From Burkholderiaceae bacterium (GTDB lineage Bacteria > Pseudomonadota > Gammaproteobacteria > Burkholderiales > Burkholderiaceae_C), in contig JAYSGB010000009.1 of NCBI GenBank assembly GCA_041913045.1, positions 9,566 through 73,565 of the forward strand: DNA of 64,000 bases, read 5' to 3'. The number at the start of each line of letters is the position of its first letter. Positions within the stretch are counted from its first letter, which is position 1. Positions 55,620-64,000 of the stretch are shown one piece after another. The position numbers were made by a program, and so were the translations under genes. The notes under the pieces are model-generated. The model was not told the origin of the DNA. It ran no database searches and saw nothing but the letters and a program-made list of their open reading frames with translations.

Positions 55620-57167
55620 TCAGGCGGCGAGGCGGAACACGCTGACCGCCTGCACCAGCGCTTTGGCCTGGTGTTCAAGGGATTGAGCGGCGGCAGCCGA
55701 CTCTTCCACCAGGGCTGCGTTCTGCTGTGTCACCTGGTCCATCTGGCCCACGGCCTGGTTGATCTGGTCCAGGCCGCTGGACTGGTCCTGGCTGGCCATG
55801 GTGACTTCGCGCATGAGGTCAGCCACGCGGCGCACGTGCACGACGATCTCGTCCATGGTGCTGCCCGCCTGTTCCACGAGCTTGCAGCCCTGGGACACGT
55901 TTTGGACGGAGTTGCCGATCAGGTCCTTGATTTCTTTGGCAGCTGTGGCGGAGCGCCCGGCCAGGCTGCGCACTTCGCTCGCCACCACGGCAAAACCACG
56001 CCCCTGTTCACCGGCGCGCGCGGCTTCCACGGCGGCGTTGAGCGCCAGGATGTTGGTCTGGAAGGCAATGCCGTCGATGACGCCGATGATGTCAGCAATG
56101 CGTTTGGACGAGGCGTTGATGGCTTCCATGGTGTCAACGACCTGACCGACCACGGTGCCGCCTTTGACCGCCACTTCGGAGGCGGACTCGGCCAGCTGGT
56201 TGGCGTGCCTGCCGCTGTCGTAGTTCTGCTTCACGGTCTGGGTGAGTTCGGCCATGGACGCAGCGGTTTGTTCCAGCGCGCTGGCTTGTTCTTCGGTACG
56301 GGACGACAGATCGAGGTTGCCCGCCGCAATTTGGCTGGTGGCCGTGGCCATGCCGTCTGCACCCTGGCGTACCTGGCTGACGATGCGGGTGAGGCTGTCG
56401 TTCATGTCGCGCAACGCTTCAAGAAGCTGCCCGCATTCGTCGCGGCTGGTCACGGTGATCTGGTTGTCCAGATGGCCTTGTGACACGCGCTGTGACAAGG
56501 TGACGGCCTGGCGCAAGGGGCGCGTGATGGAGCGTGTGACCCACATGGCAAAGCCCACGGCAATGAGCACGCTGGCCAGTCCCAGAACCACCAGCAGTTG
56601 CCGTGAAGCGGCAATGCTGGCTTGCACCTCGGCGCTGCTGGACGTGACGACTTTTTGCTGCAGGGCGTTGAGCTTGTCGATGGGTTGCTGCAGGGCGTCG
56701 AGCGCGGGCAGTGTTTCGGTGATCATGAGGCGGGTGGCGCCTTCGCGGTCCCCGGCGTCAACAAGTTGGGCCACGCGCCCGAAGGAGGCGACGTATTGCG
56801 CGCGGGCTTGTTTCAGCGTGGCAAGCAGGTCTTTGCCTTCTTGCAGATAGACCAGGCGGTCCAGCGTCTCCAGCGCAACGTCGATGTCTTTCTTGTTGCT
56901 GGCGATGCGTTCCTTGACCTGGGTGATGTGCGCGGGATCGGTGCTGATGAGCAGTTCCATCGTACGCCGGGCATTGGCGCGCGTGGTGGCATTGATGGTG
57001 CCCGCCGCCTGTGCCTTGACCCAATCGGATTCGATGATGCGGGTGTTGATGCCACCGATGCCGTTGAGGCGGAGGATGGCGATTGCCACGGCCAGGACGG
57101 AGAGAAAGATGAGAAGGCCGAACCCGAGGCCGAGGCGGGTGCCTATCTTCAAGTCGTTGAATTTCAT
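55620..57167 (-). CDS. methyl-accepting chemotaxis protein (4HB-type sensor, HAMP, signalling domain)
   Basis: It begins [18 protein letters not shown] periplasmic four-helix-bundle-like region and a HAMP domain follow. The signalling core is conserved ([37 protein letters not shown]). Confidence 0.9.
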   Translation of the reverse strand: MKFNDLKIGTRLGLGFGLLIFLSVLAVAIAILRLNGIGGINTRIIESDWVKAQAAGTINATTRANARRTMELLISTDPAHITQVKERIASNKKDIDVALETLDRLVYLQEGKDLLATLKQARAQYVASFGRVAQLVDAGDREGATRLMITETLPALDALQQPIDKLNALQQKVVTSSSAEVQASIAASRQLLVVLGLASVLIAVGFAMWVTRSITRPLRQAVTLSQRVSQGHLDNQITVTSRDECGQLLEALRDMNDSLTRIVSQVRQGADGMATATSQIAAGNLDLSSRTEEQASALEQTAASMAELTQTVKQNYDSGRHANQLAESASEVAVKGGTVVGQVVDTMEAINASSKRIADIIGVIDGIAFQTNILALNAAVEAARAGEQGRGFAVVASEVRSLAGRSATAAKEIKDLIGNSVQNVSQGCKLVEQAGSTMDEIVVHVRRVADLMREVTMASQDQSSGLDQINQAVGQMDQVTQQNAALVEESAAAAQSLEHQAKALVQAVSVFRLAA

Positions 57168-57277
57168 GCCTCAATCGTAAGAATTCAAGGCATGCGTGGG
57201 GATCGCCCGCAGGTACTATCGGCGCCCCCTGCGGGGGATGCAAAGGAACTATCCGGGGTATGGGGATGCTGTGCGTG

Positions 57278-57892
57278 TCAGGTCAGGCGGGACCAGTAGG
57301 CGGTAACGTCTGGGCGCTGCCGGGGGCGCCGTTCCGTGGCGATGGTGCCGACATTGACGAAGCACAGCGCGTGTTCGCCTGGTGCCAGTCGAAACAGCGT
57401 GCGAATGGCCTGGGATTCCATGGACTTGCCGCTGGTGAGGCTGGACCCATAGCCCAGGGCGGTGGCCATGAGCAGCATGTTCTGGATGGCGGCGCCAGCG
57501 GAGACCAGCCGGTCGTGTGAAGAGATTTCCGTCTGCTCGTCTTGCAGGCGGGCGACGGCGAGCAACAACCAGGGCGAGCGGTGGGCCTTTTCTCGGGCCT
57601 GTTCTACCTCTTCGGGGCCTGCCTGAGGGTCGCGTTCCAGCAGTGCGGCGGCGAAGGCATCGCCCAGGGCAGCACGGCGGTCGGGCGGGATTTCGATGAA
57701 GCGCCAGGGCAGCAACTGGTCGTGATCGGGCGCGGCCGCAGCGGCGCGCAGGATGGACTGCTGTTGCAGCGGGTCGGGGCCGGGTTCGGCCAGACGCTTG
57801 GGCAGGGTGGTGCGGCGGCTGTGCAGGAGCGTTTCGGCCCACTGGCGGGCATCCTGGTTGCTGTCCTGCGGGGCAGGTGGTTGCTGGTGCAT
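57278..57892 (-). CDS. nitroreductase-family protein
   Basis: RRTTLPKRL..P.P...Q...IL.AA..APDH..L.PWRF is a nitroreductase N-terminal pattern. It lies 19 nt downstream of nnrS. Confidence 0.75.
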   Translation of the reverse strand: MHQQPPAPQDSNQDARQWAETLLHSRRTTLPKRLAEPGPDPLQQQSILRAAAAAPDHDQLLPWRFIEIPPDRRAALGDAFAAALLERDPQAGPEEVEQAREKAHRSPWLLLAVARLQDEQTEISSHDRLVSAGAAIQNMLLMATALGYGSSLTSGKSMESQAIRTLFRLAPGEHALCFVNVGTIATERRPRQRPDVTAYWSRLT

Positions 57893-57911
57893 GTCTCGTG
57901 GTGTGAGGGAA

Positions 57912-59270
57912 TCAGTCGGGGCGGCCGTCGGCACGCGGGCGGCCAAACCAGTCGAGCAGCCGCAGGCTCCACGGTACCACGCAGACGCACCACAGCAGGG
58001 CTGACAGCAGGGTCAGGGCATTGGCCAGTTCGGGTTGCCCGGTGCTCATGGCAGCGGCCACACGGGCAAGGGCAGCCAACTGGAGGAGGCCGAACAACGA
58101 CCAGGTGAGATTGTCTGCCACGAGTTTGCGCCCGCCATGGCCACAGGAAACGCGGGTGACCATGGCCAGCATGAGTGATCCCATGAAACCGATGGTGGTG
58201 GCGTGCAAGGCGCCCAGCGCCCAAGGGGCTGAGCGGATGACGACGGACCAGAAGTGCCCAAGGGCGTCTAGCAGGAAGGCGATGCCCAGCCACACAAAGC
58301 CGACGTGCAGCATGGCGAGCAGGCGGATGCTGAGGCTTTGCGCCAGACCCCACATGAAGGCAAGCCACAGCACGACCAGGCCGCTGACGGCCATCCAGAA
58401 GCTGCTGAGGGTCTGCAGGGTGGTCACATTCCAGCCGGACCATTCAAACCAGACGAGAACGACTTTTTGCGCAACGGCCAGCAGCAGGAAGTACAGCACC
58501 CACATGGGCCGCCATACCGCCACCATGGGCAGGGCGCTGGAGGTGAAGAAAGGAATGAGCCGGTGCGCCGCAGCGATGTAGGTGGTGGCAACGAAGCCCC
58601 ACAGGCCGGTGAGGAGCCAGACACGCGTGAGGTCCACCCTGCCTGCGAGCAGAGAGATGCCAGCGCTGGCCAGGCACAGCGAGCCAAGGGCCCCAGCGAG
58701 GAGGATGACGTGGGGGTGTGTCTTGTCGTCGGCGTCGCTGCTGCGGGTGAGGTGCCAGAAGCGCCAGAGATTCCAGCTGAGGCCTGCCCACGCCAGGGCC
58801 ATACCGCCGAAGGCTGCGAACGGGTGCCAGTGGCTGCCCGCAATGAAAGTGAGCCAGCCCACAGTTTGCAGCAGGGTCGCGCCAGCCATCTGGCGGGCAG
58901 GCGGCGCCAGCACACCCAGCCACTTGGGCCCGGCAGTGAACAGAAAGCCCGAGAAGAACAGCGGCATGAAGCCATAGACCATCAAAACGCCGTGGGTGAT
59001 GGTGGGCGATACCGCCATGTAGGGCACGGGCAGCCAGCCCATGCGGGTGGTCTGCAGCCATAGCCACCACGCACTGCTGCAGATGAGCAGCAGGCACGCC
59101 GCTGCAAACCCCAGACGGTGTGGGGCCCACAGCAACCGGGCAGGACGCCAGTGGACCGAATGGTCCACGCCGTCGGGCCAGGCATGGAGGTAAAAGGCTT
59201 TGTCGCGCACGATGCAGCAAATGTGGCTTGAAGCGGACTTTGGCGCTATCCTCCGATGGTCGGTCAGCAT
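57912..59270 (-). CDS. nnrS: NnrS-family membrane protein (NO-response associated)
   Basis: About 12 TM helices. NnrS-like His-containing helices are present, beginning with WAPHRLGF. The start codon is uncertain. Confidence 0.7.
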   Translation of the reverse strand: MLTDHRRIAPKSASSHICCIVRDKAFYLHAWPDGVDHSVHWRPARLLWAPHRLGFAAACLLLICSSAWWLWLQTTRMGWLPVPYMAVSPTITHGVLMVYGFMPLFFSGFLFTAGPKWLGVLAPPARQMAGATLLQTVGWLTFIAGSHWHPFAAFGGMALAWAGLSWNLWRFWHLTRSSDADDKTHPHVILLAGALGSLCLASAGISLLAGRVDLTRVWLLTGLWGFVATTYIAAAHRLIPFFTSSALPMVAVWRPMWVLYFLLLAVAQKVVLVWFEWSGWNVTTLQTLSSFWMAVSGLVVLWLAFMWGLAQSLSIRLLAMLHVGFVWLGIAFLLDALGHFWSVVIRSAPWALGALHATTIGFMGSLMLAMVTRVSCGHGGRKLVADNLTWSLFGLLQLAALARVAAAMSTGQPELANALTLLSALLWCVCVVPWSLRLLDWFGRPRADGRPD

Positions 59271-59350
59271 CTGTGATCTTTGAGTGTCTGGCCGCACTAC
59301 CGCTAGTTCTTTCGAACGATGTTCGACCCCTGCCGACCAGAAACCATTGC

Positions 59351-61216
59351 ATGGCTCGACAAAGACGCTTGTCCACGAAATTCATGGCGCTCGGCCTGGG
59401 CCTGCTGGTTCTTGCGCTGGTGTCCATTGCCTCGACCATGTGGGTTACGCGCACGCTGGACGGCGGCGCTGCGGCGGTGAACGAGGCAGGCCGCCTGCGG
59501 ATGCAGGCGTGGCGCCTGGTGAGCACCAAGGTGGTGGGCATGGACCCGGCACGCCAGCGCGAACTGGTGCATGAACTGGACGACACCATGCGCCTGCTGC
59601 GCGAGGGGGACCCGACGCGCCCGCTGCAAGTTCCCTGGGACGATGCGACCCTGCCGCTGTTCGAGGAAGTTGAGCGTGCCTGGAATGACATGCGCCCCTT
59701 GTGGGGCGATGCGGGCGAAGTGCAACCACCGCCCGAACTGCTGACACGCTCGGTGGATGCCTTTGTGCAGGAGGTGGACCGGTTGGTGCGCGGTATTGAA
59801 GGCGTGATGTCGCGCATGACGGCCCTTCTCAACCTGTTCCAGTTCGTGATGATGGGCCTGGCGGTGGCGGCAGCGGTGCTGGCGTTATATCTGGGCTACC
59901 TGTTCATCATCCAGCCCCTGCAGCGCCTTCGCGGCGGCTTGCAGCGCGTGCAACGCGGCGATTTCGACACCCGTATCGAGGCTGAGTCCCTGCTGGAGTT
60001 CCAGGAGCTGGCTACCGGCTACAACCACATGGCCGAGAACCTGCGCGCCCTCTACCACGGCCTGGAAGCACAGGTGCAAGCCAAGACGCAGGACTTGCAG
60101 GCTGAACGCTCACGCCTGGAGGCCTTGTATGAGGTGAGTATCTTTCTGGCGCAGGCCGGTTCGCTGGAGGAACTGGGGCGCGGTTTTGCGCAGAAGCTGC
60201 GCCGCATCAGCGGGGCGGACGCGGTGGCGGTGCGCTGGTCTGATGAAACCAGCCAGCGCTACCTGATGCTCGGCAGCGATTGCCTGCCCCAGGAACTGGT
60301 GGATGAGGAGCGCTGCCTGGAAGCCGGGCTATGCGCCTGCGGGCAGCCCAAGGCCACGGCGCGCACCCGTGTGATACCCATCATCTCGGAGGACGATTAC
60401 CGCTTGGGCAACTGCGCCAGGGCAGGCTACAACTCGCTCATCAGCGTGCCCGTGCGGTTGCAGCAACGCGTTCTGGGAGAGGTGGATCTGTTCTACAGGC
60501 ACGAGGCTGCGCTGGACGCCGAAGACCGGTCGCTGTACGACGCTCTGGCTGGGCACCTGGCCAGTGCCATGGAGAGCCTGCGCAGCGAGGCGCTGCTGCG
60601 CGAGGCAGCAGTGAGCGAGGAGCGCACGATGCTGGCGCGCGAGCTGCACGATTCGATTGCGCAGTCGCTGGCGTTTTTGAAGATTCAGATGACGCTGCTG
60701 CGGCAGGCGGTGCAGCGTGCAGACGCACAGCAGACGGCGCAGGTGATCGAGGAGCTGGACGCAGGCATTCGCGAGAGCACGAACGACGTGCGGGAACTGC
60801 TGGTGCACTTTCGCACCCGCGCCAACGGCGATGACATTGAGCAGGCGTTGCGCACCACGCTGCGCAAGTTTGAACTGCAAAGCGGGCTGGAGGCCCACCT
60901 GGACCTGCAGGGCGATGGTCTGGCGCTGCCTTCGGACGTGCAACTGCAGGTGTTGCACATTGTGCAGGAGGCCTTGTCCAACGTGCGCAAGCACGCCCAG
61001 GCCAGCGAGGTGTGGGTCAGCGTGCAGCGCGGGCCGCGCTGGACCTTCACGGTGCGGGACAATGGGCGCGGATTCCAGCCAGCGGCCCCGTTGGCTGAGG
61101 ACACCCACGTGGGTCTGCACATCATGCGCGAGCGCGCCCAGCGCATAGGCGCTGCCGTGCGACTGCAGTCACAACCCGGTGAAGGTACCGAGGTCTGTCT
61201 TGAACTGAGTGATTGA
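59351..61216 (+). CDS. narX: nitrate/nitrite sensor histidine kinase (NarX/NarQ type)
   Basis: It has an N-terminal TM helix and a P-box-like region (AVNEAGRLRMQAWRL), then HAMP and a GAF-like region. The HisKA_3 H-box is ELHDSIAQSLAFLKIQ, and an HATPase domain follows. Confidence 0.85.
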   Translation: MARQRRLSTKFMALGLGLLVLALVSIASTMWVTRTLDGGAAAVNEAGRLRMQAWRLVSTKVVGMDPARQRELVHELDDTMRLLREGDPTRPLQVPWDDATLPLFEEVERAWNDMRPLWGDAGEVQPPPELLTRSVDAFVQEVDRLVRGIEGVMSRMTALLNLFQFVMMGLAVAAAVLALYLGYLFIIQPLQRLRGGLQRVQRGDFDTRIEAESLLEFQELATGYNHMAENLRALYHGLEAQVQAKTQDLQAERSRLEALYEVSIFLAQAGSLEELGRGFAQKLRRISGADAVAVRWSDETSQRYLMLGSDCLPQELVDEERCLEAGLCACGQPKATARTRVIPIISEDDYRLGNCARAGYNSLISVPVRLQQRVLGEVDLFYRHEAALDAEDRSLYDALAGHLASAMESLRSEALLREAAVSEERTMLARELHDSIAQSLAFLKIQMTLLRQAVQRADAQQTAQVIEELDAGIRESTNDVRELLVHFRTRANGDDIEQALRTTLRKFELQSGLEAHLDLQGDGLALPSDVQLQVLHIVQEALSNVRKHAQASEVWVSVQRGPRWTFTVRDNGRGFQPAAPLAEDTHVGLHIMRERAQRIGAAVRLQSQPGEGTEVCLELSD

Positions 61217-61939
61217 ATGAAAGAAGCAACTGCATCACCCATCCGCCTGCTGGTGGTGGATGACCACAACCTGTTCCGCCGGGGCCTGATAGCGCTGCTT
61301 TCGCAGGACCGGCGCTTCAGCGTGGTGGGCGAGGCGGCTGACGCCAACGCTGCGCTGGCGAGCGTGCGTTCGCTGCAGCCCGACCTGGTGCTGCTGGACA
61401 ACCACATGCCCGGCGTGAACGGCGTGGATGCCATTGCCGGTTTGAAGGAAGTGCATCCGGCGGCGCGCATCGTCATGCTGACGGTGAGCGAGAACGTGGA
61501 AGACCTGGCCGCCGGCCTGCGTGGCGGGGCTGACGGTTACCTGCTCAAGACCATCCATACCGAGGACCTGTGCGACTCCATACAGCGCGTGTGGGAAGGC
61601 GACTCGGTGATCAGCCCCGAGATGATGGGCAAGCTGGTGGGCCTGCTGCGCCAGGCGCCGGGTGCGGCACCGCCTGCCAGCCAGCCCCTGGCGGCCGAGG
61701 TGGAACAGGCCGTGGCCGTGCCGCTGCTGGACGCCAACGACCCGATCCACAGCCTTTCGCCGCGCGAAACAGAAATATTGCGCCAGATTGCCAAGGGGGA
61801 GAGCAACAAGCAGATCGCCCGCACGCTGGACATTGCCGAGACGACGGTGAAGATTCACGTGCAGCACATTCTGCGCAAGCTCAACCTGAGCAACCGCGTG
61901 CACGCCGCCGTGTACGCCAGCGAACGCGGCCTGGGCTGA
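61217..61939 (+). CDS. narL: NarL-type response regulator (REC plus LuxR HTH) with an extended linker
   Basis: Contains LLVVDDH, DLVLLDNHMPG and the LuxR HTH LSPRETEILRQIAKGESNKQIARTLDIAETTVKIHV. A ~30-aa Pro/Ala-rich insertion lies between the domains. Confidence 0.85.
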   Translation: MKEATASPIRLLVVDDHNLFRRGLIALLSQDRRFSVVGEAADANAALASVRSLQPDLVLLDNHMPGVNGVDAIAGLKEVHPAARIVMLTVSENVEDLAAGLRGGADGYLLKTIHTEDLCDSIQRVWEGDSVISPEMMGKLVGLLRQAPGAAPPASQPLAAEVEQAVAVPLLDANDPIHSLSPRETEILRQIAKGESNKQIARTLDIAETTVKIHVQHILRKLNLSNRVHAAVYASERGLG

Positions 61940-61954
61940 GCCAGACGCGAAAAA

Positions 61955-61970
61955 TACTACCAAAGGAGTA
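61955..61970 (+). promoter_or_regulatory. candidate NarL 7-2-7 heptamer pair (TACTACC-AA-AGGAGTA)
   Basis: The second heptamer fits AKRRGTA exactly. The first has two mismatches to TACYYMT. The site lies ~110 nt upstream of the narK start. Confidence 0.3.
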
Positions 61971-62079
61971 GGGGGAAGGGCGCCGGATCGTCCTTCCCGG
62001 GCTGTGCCCCTGTCAGTCAGGAGGATATTCAGTCCTTCTGAAAAAAACGAAAGTCCACCCATGTGTTTGGAGAGAAACC

Positions 62080-63348
62080 ATGGGAATGGAATTGAGCAAT
62101 AGACGCAAGGCCTGGTCGGTGCTGATCGTCAGCACCTTGTCGTTCACGGTCTGCTTCATGGTCTGGATGATGTTCGGGGTGATTGGCATCCCGATCAAGA
62201 AGATGCTGGACCTGAACGCCACGCAGTTTGGCCTGTTGACGGCCACGCCGGTGCTGACTGGCTCGCTGGTGCGGGTGCCGCTGGGTATCTGGACCGACCG
62301 CTACGGCGGCCGCATCGTGATGGCGGTGCTGATGGCAGTCACGGTGCCCGCCATCTGGCTGATGGCCTATGCCACCGAGTACTGGCACTTCTTGACGATC
62401 GGCTTGTTCGTGGGCCTGGCGGGGGGATCGTTTTCGGTGGGCACGCCTTACGTTGCCCGCTGGTTCCCGAAGAGCCAGCAGGGCATGGCGATGGGGGTGT
62501 ACGGCGCGGGCAACTCTGGCTCGGCGGTGAACAAGTTTGTGGCGCCGGCCATTCTGGTGGCCTTTGGCTGGGCGGCCGTGCCGCAGGTGTACGCAGCCAT
62601 CATGGCGGGCACGGTGGTGCTGTTCTGGCTGTTCAGTCACAGCGACCCGGCGCACCTGGTGCCGAGCAACGTGAGCTTCACCGACCAGCTCAAGGCGCTG
62701 AAGGACCCGAAGGTGCTGAAGTACTGCCAGTACTACAGCATTGTGTTCGGCGGCTACGTGGCGCTGGCGCTGTGGATGGTGCAGTACTACATCGGCGAGT
62801 ACGGGCTGGACATCCGTGTGGCCGCGTTGCTGGCGGCATGCTTTAGCCTGCCCGGCGGTGTGCTGCGCGCAGTGGGCGGCGTGCTGAGCGACAAGTACGG
62901 CGCGCACAAGGTCACCTGGTGGGTGATGTGGGTGAGCTGGATCTGCCTGTTCCTGCTGAGCTACCCGCAGACGCAGTTCACCATCGCCACGGTGAATGGC
63001 CCGCAGACCTTCCACATCGGCTTGAATGTCTACACCTTCACTGCGCTGATGTTCGTGCTGGGCATTGCCTGGGCCTTCGGCAAGGCCAGCGTATTCAAGT
63101 ACATCGCCGACGACTACCCCAAGAACATCGGCGCCATCAGCGGCATCGTGGGCCTGGCTGGTGGCATGGGCGGCTTCATCCTGCCGATCCTGTTCGGCGC
63201 GCTGCTTGACATCACCGGCATCCGCTCCAGCGCCTTCATGCTGCTGTACGGCGTGGTGTGGGTGTCGCTGATCTGGATGTACTTCACCGAGGTGAAACGC
63301 ACCGAAGTGATGGGCGACAACGCCCCGGCCTTCACTCTGCGCAGTTGA
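62080..63348 (+). CDS. narK: NarK-family nitrate/nitrite transporter (MFS)
   Basis: A 12-TM MFS protein with nitrate-signature-like motifs (GAGNSG, GLAGGMGGF). It lies downstream of narXL. Confidence 0.85.
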   Translation: MGMELSNRRKAWSVLIVSTLSFTVCFMVWMMFGVIGIPIKKMLDLNATQFGLLTATPVLTGSLVRVPLGIWTDRYGGRIVMAVLMAVTVPAIWLMAYATEYWHFLTIGLFVGLAGGSFSVGTPYVARWFPKSQQGMAMGVYGAGNSGSAVNKFVAPAILVAFGWAAVPQVYAAIMAGTVVLFWLFSHSDPAHLVPSNVSFTDQLKALKDPKVLKYCQYYSIVFGGYVALALWMVQYYIGEYGLDIRVAALLAACFSLPGGVLRAVGGVLSDKYGAHKVTWWVMWVSWICLFLLSYPQTQFTIATVNGPQTFHIGLNVYTFTALMFVLGIAWAFGKASVFKYIADDYPKNIGAISGIVGLAGGMGGFILPILFGALLDITGIRSSAFMLLYGVVWVSLIWMYFTEVKRTEVMGDNAPAFTLRS

Positions 63349-63376
63349 AGTGCGGCACCACCAACGGAGCAATGAC

Positions 63377-64000
63377 ATGAATTCCACCTCAACCAATACC
63401 GCTGCCGCCGAGCGCGCGGCCAAGAGCGGTTCGGCCGACATCGAGATCTGGCAACCGGAGGACGAACGCTTCTGGGAAAGCACGGGCAAGCGCATTGCCT
63501 ACCGCAACCTGTGGTTGTCGGTGCCAGCGCTGCTGTGTGGCTTCGCCATCTGGGGCATGTGGGGCATCATCACCGTGCAGATGCACAACCTGGGCTTTCC
63601 CTTCAGCCAGGCCGATCTGTTTTCGTTGACCGCCATCGCGGGCCTGGCTGGCGCGACGATGCGCATTCCCGCATCCTTTCTGGTGCGGCTGGCGGGCGGG
63701 CGCAACACCATCTTCCTGACCACGGCCATGCTGCTGTCGCCCGCCATTGGCACGGGCATTGCTCTGCAGCACCCCGAGTGGCCGCTGTGGGTGTTCCAGC
63801 TGATGGCACTGTGGTCGGGCGTGGGTGGCGGCAACTTTGCCAGCTCCATGTCCAACATCAGCACCTTCTTCCCCAAGCGGCTGCAAGGCACGGCGCTGGG
63901 CCTGAACGCAGGCCTGGGCAACTTCGGCGTGACGACCATGCAGATCGTCATCCCGCTGGTGATGACCATTGGCATCTTCGGTGCCTTTGGCGGCGAGCCC
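63377..64000 (+). CDS. narK: second NarK-family nitrate/nitrite transporter, 3'-partial (runs off the window)
   Basis: The frame is open from the ATG at 63377 to the window end. It contains YRNLWLSVPALLCGFAIWGMW and GVGGGNFASSM, the NarK2-type signature. Confidence 0.8.
   Translation, partial: MNSTSTNTAAAERAAKSGSADIEIWQPEDERFWESTGKRIAYRNLWLSVPALLCGFAIWGMWGIITVQMHNLGFPFSQADLFSLTAIAGLAGATMRIPASFLVRLAGGRNTIFLTTAMLLSPAIGTGIALQHPEWPLWVFQLMALWSGVGGGNFASSMSNISTFFPKRLQGTALGLNAGLGNFGVTTMQIVIPLVMTIGIFGAFGGEP

Noticed and set aside
58444-59832. 462-aa minus-strand ORF, and the 62029-63495 minus-strand ORF.
   Set aside because: They lie out of frame or antisense to nnrS/narX and narK respectively, with shadow-ORF composition.

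Overview
High-GC proteobacterial chromosome segment; gene content looks beta-proteobacterial (Comamonadaceae-like), which is inference only. There are five blocks, left to right.

(1) 1-5.3 kb: accessory DNA with a decayed integron. It holds a 5'-truncated intI, two attC-like sites and a VOC-family gene cassette, followed by LysR, WrbA, MFS and SnoaL-like genes.

(2) 5.69-5.85 kb: a tRNA-Glu(TTC) and tRNA-Asp(GTC) pair.

(3) 5.85-22.03 kb: a ~16 kb genomic island in the 3' end of tRNA-Asp.
- It is bounded by a ~170 bp direct repeat: the last 50 nt of the tRNA plus ~120 nt of downstream flank.
- It carries an IS3-family element and a type I Zorya operon (zorABCD) whose zorA abuts the IS and has lost its 5' end.
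- It carries a WYL-regulator operon (DUF1810 fusion, WYL, atypical SGNH).
- It carries an uncharacterised gene pair: a 3-TM ClpP/S49-like (COG3904-type) protein and a 645-aa protein with an HExxH motif and a C-terminal HicA-like domain.
- It ends with a tyrosine integrase, a DUF4224 gene and an excisionase-like HTH gene.
- The two uncharacterised modules between Zorya and the integrase are my best candidates for an undescribed (defence-type) system.

(4) 22.2-51.4 kb: a large sugar-acid catabolic supercluster.
- It starts with a kdgK carrying an in-frame amber stop, then gntK and dgoKA.
- It has an IlvD/Edd-family sugar-acid dehydratase, an L-KDA-dehydratase-like DHDPS-family gene and a KGSADH-type aldehyde dehydrogenase.
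- It has a DUF1537 kinase plus PdxA2 four-carbon acid module, a UxaA/GarD dehydratase and two FAH-family genes.
- It has two TRAP transporters, two GntR regulators and azlCD.

(5) 51.9-64 kb: chemotaxis and nitrate block. It holds two MCPs, a hemerythrin, a beta-carbonic anhydrase, a nitroreductase with nnrS, narXL and two narK genes (the second runs off the window).

A second, ~144 bp repeat pair (5502-5645 and 53373-53516) ends in a tRNA-3'-end-like 16-17 nt. This suggests older att junctions bracketing the whole 5.8-53.5 kb region.

No rRNA genes and no CRISPR array were seen. Many long ORFs in the track are GC-driven antisense shadow ORFs and were ignored. All family assignments come from motif recognition by eye. 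No database searches were run.
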